The position numbers were made by a program, and so were the translations under genes. 64,000 nucleotides of DNA from Massalongia carnosa (taxonomy: Eukaryota), in the NCBI GenBank assembly GCA_965645245.1, contig OZ287083.1, forward strand, positions 124,001-188,000, in the 5' to 3' direction. Numbering within the stretch: the stretch's first letter is position 1; every line of letters begins with the position of its first letter. A model generated the notes under the pieces. The model had not been told where the DNA came from and did no database searches. It saw only the letters and a list, made by a program, of their open reading frames with translations. Positions 13,223 through 23,923 of the stretch are shown here, piece after piece.

Positions 13223-13478
13223 AAAGGCTACTTAGGAGCTAGATGTGGGGCCTTATAAAAATCAGCGGAGGTTATCTGGGAGACTATTTGGAAGATGCTT
13301 GACAGATGCTTTGGCGGGTGGCCAGGAGGAGATGGCGCAGGGCCGTTGCAGAGCGAAGCGGAGCAGGTCCGGAGCAGAAATCCGAGATATTTTGAGATTC
13401 GCATGAAAAAATAGCAAGCCAAATAGTAAGCAGAAAAGTATTATTCGAAACATCTCAGGTCTGAGATGGCATCGTCTC
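13223..13478. repeat. ~260-bp direct repeat, copy A
   Basis: Aligns by eye at roughly 90% with 15284-15543; both copies end in ATCTCAGGTCTGAGATGGCA(T/C)CGTCTC. Confidence 0.9.
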
Positions 13479-13814
13479 GTATCGTTTTACTTTGTCAAAC
13501 TTCGGAGATTAACTGATCCTGTTGATATCCGTATCGCGAAAACTACATTCTTTTACGCCCGTTGTAGGCCGTGAGAGGTGGTCGTTGTTCGCGTTTTTCA
13601 TGTTTCGATGTTCCCGAAAACCGCGCTAAATCCGTCCGTTCAACGAACTTGCAAAAACCCTCCATTCGGTTTAACGTTGACTCGATGTAATTTAGTGTCG
13701 ATTATGTCAACATTATTTTTGTTTTGTTGACGCGTTGCTACTTCATCATCTGCTTCATCGTCAATTTCATAATTTATTTCAGTTATCGTTAATTACTGAC
13801 TATTCAATGATTTT

Positions 13815-15200
13815 AGTGGTGGACATAAGTTGGCCTGGCAGGTGGACAAAAGGTGATATTAGTGGTGGACAAAAGGTGGTCTGGGCTATACACAAAAGGT
13901 GGTCTTGGTGATGGATAAAAGGTGGTCTGGCAGGTAGTCTGGGTGATGGACAAAATGTGGTCTGCCAGGTGGTCTGGCAGGTGGTCTGGACGATGATTAA
14001 AAGGTGATTTGAGTAATGGACAAAAGGTGGTCTGGCAGGTGGACAAAAGGTGGCCTGACGAGTGGACAAAAGATTATATTAGTGGTGGACAAAAGGTGGG
14101 CTGGGTGATGGACAAAAAGTGGTCTGGGTGATGGACAAAAGGTAGTCTGGCAGGTGGACTAAAGGTGGTCTGGGTGATGGACAAAATGTAGTCTGGCAGG
14201 TGGACAAAAGGTGGTCTGGGTGATGGACTAAAGGTGGTCTGGGTGATGGACAAAAGGTGGTCTAGTAAGTAGACAAAAGGTGGTCTAGGTGATGGACAAA
14301 GGGTGGTCTGGCAGGTGGTCTGGTAGGTGGTCTGGACGATGATTAAAAGGTGATTTGAGTGATGAACAAAAGGTGATCTGGCAGGTGGACAAAAGATGGT
14401 CAAAAGGTGGTCAAAAGATGGTCAAAAGGTGGTCAAAAGATGGTCAAAAGGTGGTCAAAAGGTGGTCTGGACGATGATCAAAAGGTGATATGGATGATGG
14501 ACAAAAGATGATCTGACAGGTGGACAAAAGGTGGTCTGGCAGGTGGACAAAAGGTGGTCAAAAGGTGGTCAAAAGGTGGCCTGGATGATGGACAAAAGGT
14601 GATCTGGGTGATGAACAAAAGGTGGCCTGACAGGTGAACAAAAGGTTATATTAGTGGTGGACAAAAGATGGTCTGGGTGATGATCAGAAGGTTGTCAGGA
14701 CGATGAACAAAAGATGATATGGACGATGGACAAAAGATGATCTGATAGGTGGACAAAAGATAATATGGGAGGTGGACAAAAGGTGATCTGAATAGTGATC
14801 AAAATGTGGTCTGAGTGATGGTCAAAAGGAGGTCTTGCAGGTGGACAAAGATGATATGAGTCTTGCAGGTGGACAAAGATGATATGAACGGTGATCAAAA
14901 GATGATATGAGTGATGGACCAAAGATGATATGAATAGTGGTCAAATGGGGTCTGAATGATGAACAAAAGGTGATTTGGGTGATGATTAAAAGGTGGTCTG
15001 GACGATTATCTGGCAGGTGATCTGGACGATGGACAGAAGATAGTCTGGAGGGTGGACAAAAAGTGATACGGGTGATGATCAAAGTGTGATCAGGCTGGTA
15101 GTCAAATGGTTATCAGGACGATGATCAAGAGATGATTTGGATGATTGACAAAAGGTGGTCTAGATGATAGATGAACGGTGTTCTGGATAGCAGACAAAAA
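13815..15200. repeat. G-rich degenerate minisatellite (core GGTGGACAAAAGGTGGTCTGG; 11-bp AAAAG(G/A)TGGTC run at ~14392-14467)
   Basis: Directly visible tandem motifs; the TTFCPP/PPFVH ORFs on the minus strand are translations of it. Confidence 0.9.
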
Positions 15201-15283
15201 AAGGTCGAGGTGGTAGGGGGGTAAGGGGATGAAATTTTCGGGGAAAAAAGAGAGGCTATTTGAAAAGCGGCGGAGACTATTTC

Positions 15284-15543
15284 AAAGGCTATTTAGTGGC
15301 TAGATGTGGGGCCTTATAAAAATCAGCGGATGCTATCTGGGAGACTATTTGGAAGATGCTTTGACAGATGCTTTGACGGGTGGCAAGGAGGAGATGGCGC
15401 AGGGCCGTTGCGGAGCGAAGCGGAGCAGGTCTGGAGCAGAAATCCGAGATATTTTGAGATTCGCATGAAAAAAAGGCAAGCCAAATAGTAAGCAAATGAA
15501 AAGTAGTAGCAAATTAATCTCAGGTCTGAGATGGCACCGTCTC
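15284..15543. repeat. ~260-bp direct repeat, copy B
   Basis: Same sequence as copy A (13223-13478). Confidence 0.9.
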
Positions 15544-15544
15544 C

Positions 15545-17322
15545 TTTTTACTACCATTTCCGCTACAAATTGGGGACAACAACGGTTAATCAAGATTTCA
15601 TTGATTATGACGCTGGTAAAACAGCTTTGCTTGCCTGGGCATCGATCGAGCGATACGTTTATACCTTTTGTCCAGGGCTATCTGCTTCTTCTCAGCAGCT
15701 AGTTGGGCCCGTTCATAGGCCAGCCTGGTCATTTCCACCTCATTCTGAAAGCGTTTTGAGGTTTTGGCTCGTACGTCCCCCACGGTTATGGCCCTTCCCT
15801 TCTGGACGACCTTTCCATCCAGTTTTTTACGGGCCGCCTTTGCGACGGATTGTTGATGACTGGCCAGAAGGTCCCGTTCAACAATCTGACATGCATGAGC
15901 GCTGGAAATGGAACCCTTCACAAATCGCCCCACATGACGCTCCCATTCGTTGTCCAGCACCTTGTATTTGGCCAGACTCATATGGAGACGCATACCGTAT
16001 TCAACCACCTCTTTAGTCGTACGGGGCGTTCTGGCGAGCAATGGGGCTGACGAAGGTGGGGGCGGGGTAGCAGGTCTTCGGGTCTGAATGGCCTCCAACT
16101 TTCGAATTACCACATCGGGATTGTAAGGCACCAAACCCGTGTTTCTGAATGACGATAATATAGTGGCCGAGGTGAATGTTTGATTTCGCATGCGCTGAAA
16201 AATGGACAAAAAGTCGAGTTTGTCGAAATCTGCCCCTCCGAGTCGTACCATCGTCAATGCCTTCGGAATGATAATGTTTAAATGGCTGAAAACATCCTAC
16301 ATCCAATGGCTGAGTGAGATGTGTTGAATGAGGCGGCAAACGAAACAATTCAATCTGATTTCGTTTGGCATATGTAAAGAACTCGTATGTCATATGAGAT
16401 CCATATCCGTCCATAATCAACATACGCCAGGCACCTACCTGACCCTTTCGACTGTGTTTATCAAAATGTTTCAGCCTTCAGCCGATCAATGGCCAAGTCA
16501 TCATTGGAATAGCCGGTAGGACTAGTAGTCAACAAAACATCGTCATTCAGGTCGTTCTGCTGCGCCCATTTTTCGAGAATCAAAACCCCCGCGATAATCA
16601 CCATTGGGGGAATGTCTCGACCACCAGCACTAATACACTCACAGGAGGTGACGTATTCTCTGTTGTCTGGGTCTGTCAACAACAGAGGCTTTCTGGAATG
16701 ACCTGACACCACCCAATGAGCCCTGCCACAGCCAATTCGAAAGCCCGTTTCATCCATGTTCCAAAAATTCTCGTCCACTATTCCCCGCGCCTCGCGCGCA
16801 GCCCGATATGCCTCGAAATATTCACGTATGTCCTTTGCATTGTGCGCGTGTTTTCGCTCGGCCGCCATAGGTTTTTATTTTCGTTTGAAGAACTGAGGAT
16901 TGCGATTGAGGAAACGTTTGGTCCAAGAATTGCTGACGATGGGGGAGGAGTGAAGGCGTCTAAATGGGCTTCTCGAAGTAGATAATTGGCAGCTCCACGA
17001 ACCATTGGAAATCTGGCTGATTGTTCAGCTTGATCGAGCATTCGAATGTAATCACAAATAGCCAATTCCTGTTCATCAGATAACGCCTTGTTGGGGGGAG
17101 TTCGGCCAATGCGCGAACCTCCTCCAGCAAGTCGTCTTTGAAGAGTACGAACGTCCACGTCAAAATCAATGGCTGCTGCGCGTATACTTCGAAATTCACC
17201 CGTGTCCCACGCGTTTATAGCGTCAAAAATTCGATCCTCCTTATTAGAATATGAATTAGTCATGGTGGTGGTGGATGAACGACGTGGTGGAAATGGTAGT
17301 AAAAATGGGAAAAGTGCATCAG
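15545..17322 (-). mobile_element. pogo/Fot1-like (Tc1-mariner) DNA transposon with frameshifted transposase
   Basis: HTH N-terminus (SIRAAAIDFDVDVRTLQRRL), NMDETGFRIG, LIMDGYGSH, LPPHSTHLTQPLDVGCFQPFK. Partial TIR TTTTTACTACCATTTCC (15545-15561) pairs with GGAAATGGTAGTAAAAA (17289-17305). Right end is followed by TA. Confidence 0.88.
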
Positions 17323-17929
17323 TACGTCAGTAGGGTGATGGGCACTAGACCCTGACTCGGTTGGGGTTTAGTGTTTTGGCACGATTACTAGTTTCTTGAT
17401 ACAATTAGATGGAACTGCCTACGTTTCAAACAACCCTGGAGGGGCGCAGCATGCTGGACCCTACCTTGTGCTCGGCCCGAGCTGCCAGAAAGACGTTCAA
17501 GCCCCTGCCGCTCACCAAAGGCATTTGGTGAGCTTTGATCGCATCACTTCTAGTTGCTCTGCAACTGTCATACAACCATCGATTTCCTCTTGGAGTCTAA
17601 AGGCAGATTCAAAGCAGAGCAAGAACAAATCCAAAAATGACATAGAGAGTCTTGTTCACAGCATCGCTGTGCCGATCCAAGTCCATGGAGCCTTATTGGC
17701 GATCCTCAAAACAACGCAAGCACAAGGGGCGGACAAGCTGGTGGTGATACATCCCACTCAGTAGTAGTTAGTACTACCAGATTCACTGTCGTTCAATCTC
17801 TAAAATTGACTTACAGCCGGATCACCATTTGCGCTAGGGCTTTAAGCTGCACTGTCAGATCAAAACCCACGCCATGTTGCAATCCCTTTCCCTAAAACGG
17901 TGACTCCGATCTTCGTAAAGGTTTAAAAA

Positions 17930-18150
17930 GGGGCGTATCGACTTTCATTCATGGGTGGATACGGATCGCAATATATGTTTGAAATTATTGAGTACTGTCA
18001 TCAGGCCAATATCATCCCCTTTTGTCTTCCACCTCACACGACTCATCTATCGCAACTGTTAGACGTCTTAGTATTCCGGTCGTTAAAACACTCATGCTGA
18101 GGCCGTTAAAGAGGCAATAGCTCAGGGCGATGAGACGTTTACTAAGGTAA
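17930..18150 (+). pseudogene. pogo-type DDE transposase fragment
   Basis: Translates as YRLSFMGGYGSQYMFEIIEYCHQANIIPFCLPPHTTHLSQLLDV. Confidence 0.7.
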
Positions 18151-18326
18151 GATTGTTCAAAGCCGCATGGAATGTTTTGCCTAAATGAACTCCTATTTCT
18201 TGAGTTCAATAAACTAGTAAGTCATTCTGATATAAGAATTTTGGATTTCAGAGTATCAGCTGCCGAGTTCAAATGGACCGTTAGGGCATGTGAAGAGCTC
18301 ACTAGGACCCTGATACAAATCATCCA

Positions 18327-20290
18327 TCAAATCGTGATGCCAGGATGCAAGGAGAACTGTTTGAGATCCTTTTCGAGAGGTGCTAGCACACCTTCATAGA
18401 CTAAGCGTTTAAAGACGTCAAAGTCTAGTTGCTTCTTGCTATCTTGTAACTCAAATTGACATCTCAAACAACGTTGGACCACGAACCCATAATTAGTACC
18501 TGCCTTTTCGAAGACGGCATCGATCTTGTTCACTGCAGTCTGATAATCATCAATAAGATTACCTGTTGTGACTATATCATCATTAGGCTGCGGGGTACGA
18601 AGATCCTCCAAAGGTTTATTAAGGCAAAGCTCGACAAGGACGATGCCGAGAGCAAATAGAGTTTTGTTGATGATCAGGCTATCAAGGATATCATTATTCC
18701 TTAAGTTCGGACTAAGTTGCAAGGTACTTCTGCTTGCCGATGGACTAAAGCTGCGAGAGACATAAGCATGATTGATCAAAGGCTGGTTGTCTTTATCCAA
18801 GCCTTGAAAGAAAAACTTAATATCTTTCTTGCTCCAAATCTCGCTCAGCCAGGGTGATTGGTGCAGTTGCAAAACGCTGGATGCCAATGTGACTGCAATC
18901 TCTAGCCGTTGGCGTCTAGAAAGTTTGCCAAAGTTGATACGTTGTGAGATATGAGGTTGCTTGGACTGAAGCAACGACTCAAGGAGAACAAGCTTCGGAG
19001 GTGGAGTTGGTGCTATTGTTGTCGTGGTGATGCTGATATTTCTTTTTCGGGATGTGTCTGCCAAAACACCAAGACACTTTGGTTCTTTCTGAGCATCTAG
19101 AATGGCTTGACAAAGGCAATCGATCAATGACAGAGAAGTGTGACTTCCTTTGCATGTCGGCTCTGCAAGCAAAATTTCAGTATTTAAACCTAAGAAGACT
19201 CCATACAATAAAATAATTTGAACTTACGATGTGTTGATGAGTTGCTTGCTTGTACAAAATCTGTCTCAGGTGGCTCACAAATACGAACCGATTTTTTAGT
19301 TTTATTCGTACCGGGTAGTGGAGCCAAGTTTGATGAAGTTGAATTCAAGGGATGGGTCATACTAATGATTGGTGCTTGAAGTGATGAAGGTTTGACGGTA
19401 GGGCTGATATCTAACTCCTCGATATCTACTCGAGCCTCTTGCCATATCTCCTGACCGAGACTATGATGAAATGAAAAGTGAACTTGAAATGAGGGGTTTT
19501 TTCTGATAACAACCTGTGGGTCGAGTTGTAGATTCGCGTGATGTGGCTCCAGACATTGACATTTCCAGCACGTCTCGACCACCTCATAGAGACCACAGGC
19601 ATGGTTCCTGACCAGATTGACGTATTTCAAGTAGGACTCGGACTTTTCTATGATTAAAGCTGCAAGAATCTCCTGTTGTTCGACTGAAGCAGCAATATCA
19701 AGGTTGTATCTCTCGAAGTTTCCAATCAGTTCATCCCGTTCCTTTCGCCCGAAACTACGTCTGACTTTCCTCCACTCCCATTCAAGGCGCTTGCGGCTTT
19801 GGACGGATGAAGTCGCAGGGTCAGTCCAACCCGGCTGAAAACAATGAGTTAGCATTTGCCTGCTTCCGGGACATTAGATTAATCTTACCTTGCTTTCAAT
19901 ATCGATATCTAGTTTGAACATGAGCTTCACCATGATAGCCTGCATTTCCGCAACCACGTCCATGAACGTGTCATATCGACTACCCAGCCTCGACCGAAGC
20001 TTATTCTTAATATCAATCGTCCCCCAAAGGGCAACATTCGTCGAAGCCTGCGATATCGGGAAAAGAGCGTTAGCTTCAGGTTCAGATATCTCAGGTAGCA
20101 GAAGGCGCTTTAGAGTGCCTTCATAGAGGTCTTGTTGAATTCTCAGACGGGTCCGCAGCCCCTTCAGAGTGTTGCCATATCTTCGATAATCTTGAATTGG
20201 ATTTAGCCCATCGCGAAAACGTTCAATAGCATTGATGACCAAGGGGAGACCCCCAAGGACAAGACCGACGATTTCAATACCGGTGGCCAT
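18327..20290 (-). CDS. Three-exon gene (~614 aa): N-terminal HeLo-like helical domain plus C-terminal DUF7580-type (kinase-C-lobe-like) domain
   Basis: Exons 20290-19889, 19834-19228 and 19162-18327 join in frame through GT-AG introns (GCTAAC branch site in intron 1). Starts MATGIEIVGLVLGGLPLVINAIE. C-terminal motifs RLEIAVTLASSVLQLHQSPWL, LFALGIVLVELC and YGFVVQRCLRC. Family call is from recall. Confidence 0.82.
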
Positions 20291-20401
20291 GAAGACATTG
20301 GAGCAGGATACACTTTAAGGACTGATGGCGAAGATTGCGGTAGGAGTGCGTGAGGAGAGAGCTCACTGCCCTAAGAGATGTGGATGGGCGTGGTGGGGTT
20401 C

Positions 20402-23400
20402 CGAGTAGATTCGGGACAGACCCCATCTGGCAGACCTCGGAAAGTTCTACTGCTTATTAGGACTAGCTTAAGCCTCACTAAATTAACAGTCCATCTACTA
20501 ATGCAACGTCCCCCCGCAAGCTTCATATACCCAATCACTTGCAACATTACTTATTGCTGTAGCCATTCAAACATCACACGTAGCTAGCCTCGGATTATTT
20601 GATGAGGGGTAATCATCCCATATGCCCAACGTTAATCATCTTTCGATTATATTCTTTCACTCAGTCATGGCCTCCGCCTTATTTTCCCTAGATCAGAAAA
20701 TTGGAAAGGCCAAGGCCCTTCTCCCTCCAGCCCATTGTCTCCCCCCTCAAGAGACAGACCGCCAACGAAAGAGTACGAAAGTTTCGTTCAATAACTGCAA
20801 ATATAGAGTCCGCCTGAGAAAAAAAAAGATGAGATCTGGAGCTTAGCACTCACCAACCCCGTACACAATCATTCCATGGTCAATGACCCTTTCAGTTTCA
20901 AAGAACATCATAATAGGGACCCCGACCGAGCAGAAACCCTAGACCATGCGAAAGGTCTTCGCGATTCATATACTAAATATACCCAAGCCTCAAGAACTTT
21001 GCGTGTTCGGGGACTTCGTCTTTCGAAGAATGATTATTATAACCTAGTTCGATCTGAAGGGAGTCATACACCCGTAGAGGAAATGGATTATACACTTGGA
21101 TACTTGAAAGAGGGAGGGTTTCACGTGCGCTGTTTGGAGAAATATATAGTTGAAAACAACATACGGCAGCGACGTGTTGTGGAGTTATTTTTCTTCTGCA
21201 ATAAAGAGCAAATCAGATTAGCCAGACGTTTCGTCAGTGGGTTTTTGATCGAAACGGATGCAACGTTCAATACTAACAAATTGAACTTGCCTCTGTCCGT
21301 TGTAGTTGGAGTCACTAATACAGGACTTATCTTCCCCGTGGCCTACTGTTATATAACTTCCGAATCGGCGGAATGCTTCACTTTTCTACTTGATTGTATG
21401 AAGGACTTGATCTTTCATGACGAATGCCCTGGTCCTAGAGTCATACTTGGAGACTTTGCAGCTGGGTTATCGGCGGCGATGCAGAGAAAAAGGCTTCAGA
21501 CAGTAGATGCTGACGCTGCATTGGGCATGGCATGGCAAGTCTCTCAATCGATGATCGCGGGGCGGTTATGACTGCGCTTTTGCAGCTTTGCACCTGGCAT
21601 GCAGCCGAAGCCATTAAGAAACGACTCATCAAGGCGGGGACCTATCCAGTAGAGATTCGGAAAGAATTGATGGCGTTGATCTGGGCGTGGATAAAGTCTC
21701 CTACTATCGAACAATTGAATGAAAGAAGGAGGACGTTGTTGAACAAATTGCACGATTCAGAAAAGGTATGTTGTTGTGTAGAAGTTGAGGTTTAACCATG
21801 AGGTTAAACCTGATTGAGTTATAGTTAGGATTAATTTTCGCGAGGACTACGGCTAATAGATATGTTTTTATTTGCAGGATTATCTTATAAAATTTTATAA
21901 ACGCCAGGAAGCTCACTTTGTGCACGCGCATACCAATCAGCTTCCTAATTTAGGTGCGAATAGCACTCAGCCGGTTGAAGGCCTACATCCTATGATCAAA
22001 AGTGTGACCAATAGGCATACTCCCATGAGAAAATCCGTTCAGAAAATCTGTGATGAGGTTAAGGAGAAGCAGATTGAATATGAAACCATGATCAATCAGC
22101 AACGAATCAATAATCCTCGATTGATGGATAGGTTTGCATTCAGACATCTCACGGGAAAAATAACTCATCAAGCTATTGACCTCGTCTCCAGAGAGTTGGA
22201 TGGGGCCAAAAAGCTAGCTGAAGAGTTCAATCAGCGAGTCTATTCAGAATTGACCTCACAAATTGAACTAACAGGCGAGATTTGTGTATATGATTGTCGA
22301 CTGCCTTTGCGATTTGGTCTCCCGTGCAAGTGTTGGTTGTATTCTTGCGTCATTCCCATCCCCATCTCTCTCATTCATCCTCGCTGGTTTTTCGATGGTC
22401 CGCCTGCTGTTTTCTCGTGGCGAATGACTTTTGATTCTGCCTTAAGCTTTGAAGACATGCTTAGAAACGCTGCGGGAGAGGGAGGGGCGGAGCCAGAAGA
22501 GGATAAGGAAGATGATAAGGAGGAGGTATGGGGGGAGGGTGAGGATGAGATGGAAGAGGAGGATGAGGAGGAGATGGAAGAGGAGGATGAGCAGGAGGTG
22601 AGAAGAAGGAAAGGCGAAAGGGGAGAAGTGAAGAAGGACGGTGATAGATATCGCCGCGGTGGAGTTGATATGATGCAATCTGCAGCATTTGAGTCAATGG
22701 ATTTGCACAAATCAATGGAAAATTCACATCGAGATGAGGAGTATGCTCGAGCATACGTAGCAAACAGCGCCAAATTCAATCAACAATGGCTGGAAAGGGA
22801 GTCGGCTAGATCTCTTATCCCAACAACTTTCCCTGATGAAATCCGACCGAAGGAAAACCTCAGGTGGGAAAAGGGAGGAAGTCGTCGCCGTGCTTACACT
22901 GGCCGCGAGGCAGCTGAGGCAGATGAGGCCAATCAGCGACGTGTTAGACGTAAGGACTCGATTGAACAAGGGAGAAGGCGACGGCATGATAAACTGCGTG
23001 AAAGCGATGAAAACGAGAGTGTGATTAGCGATGGTAAAAACCCACGATATAAGCAAATCGACGCAGCGCGGCTAACATATGATGTAGTAGATTTGACTGA
23101 AGATGCGGTCATCGTCTCCGACGACGATGACCTGCATTATGTAGACACTCAGCCGATTCCCGATCCTTCTACGAGTCTCACACTTCCTTCGAATGACAAC
23201 GATGCATCTTCAACCTCTTCCGATTCGTTTGAAGATATTGATGAAGTGCTGGCGAAACATAGTCAAAAAGTCTCATCTCAAACGGCCCCGTCCCTTTATA
23301 GTCTTAGTCAAAACCTCCGCCTCAGTCAGTTGCCTCCTACTTCGTCTGCCACAACGCGAAGGTCTCGGGGTGTAGCCAAAAAATCAAAGGCTCTGTTGGA

Positions 23401-23751
23401 GTTGGAGTCTCAGCAAAGGGCTGAGCAAGCAGATAAACAGGCTAGGGCCGAGGCGAAGAAGCAGGCGGCAGCTATGAAGATTGCTAGGACTATGAAGCCT
23501 AGAAAGGAGGATGTTTCGCAACTGATTGATGAGTTTTCAGAGTTGAGGTCATCGCAATGAGTTGTATATAATAGTAATGAAATAGTAGAGTGTAATAGGT
23601 GTGACTTTTTCATACAGTCAATCTGGATATAACGACTTATCAGCTAGGTATATGTTGCATTAGTAGATGGACTGTTAATTTAGTGTGGAGGTGAGGCTTA
23701 AGCTAGTCCTAATAAGCAGTAGAACTTTGGGGCCTGTCCCGAATCTACTCG
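20402..23751 (+). mobile_element. Mutator-like element (MULE) 1
   Basis: ~100-bp TIRs beginning CGAGTAGATTCGGGACAG; 9-bp TSD GTGGGGTTC (20393-20401, 23752-23760). Transposase motifs ETDATFNTNKLNLPL, VILGDFAAGL, LQLCTWHA, CVYDC...GLPCKC. Frameshifted. Confidence 0.93.
20647..23560 (+). pseudogene. MULE 1 transposase (frameshifted, probable intron ~21766-21877, long acidic/low-complexity tail)
   Basis: ORFs 20622-20846, 20876-21571, 21532-21795 and 21872-23560. Confidence 0.8.
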
Positions 23752-23923
23752 GTGGGGTTCGGTTCGAGACCTTTTGTGCGACTTGGGCCTGCCCGCGCTC
23801 TTTCGCAAGATGGATCTATCAATCGCCGTCTTCGACATCGGCTTGAACCATGACGTCTGCAAACTCAAGAGAAAGAGCATATAGTTTCGAAATCCCTACA
23901 GTTCCACAGTCGGGTATGTAAGG

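Noticed and set aside
13800..15082. Pro/His/Cys-rich ORFs (TTFCPP, PPFVH)
   Set aside because: They are translations of the satellite in several frames, with frequent stops and no consistent gene structure.
13218..17324. pogo element extending from a TA at the Gypsy LTR end
   Set aside because: Only TACTGA matches, and the sequence after the right-hand TA is not the expected remainder of the LTR plus TSD.
17396..17764. Short ORFs here, at 29442-29916, 41074-41774 and 59324-60878, and the many antisense ORFs inside TEs
   Set aside because: No recognisable motifs or coherent exon structure; most are shadows of real genes on the other strand or chance ORFs.
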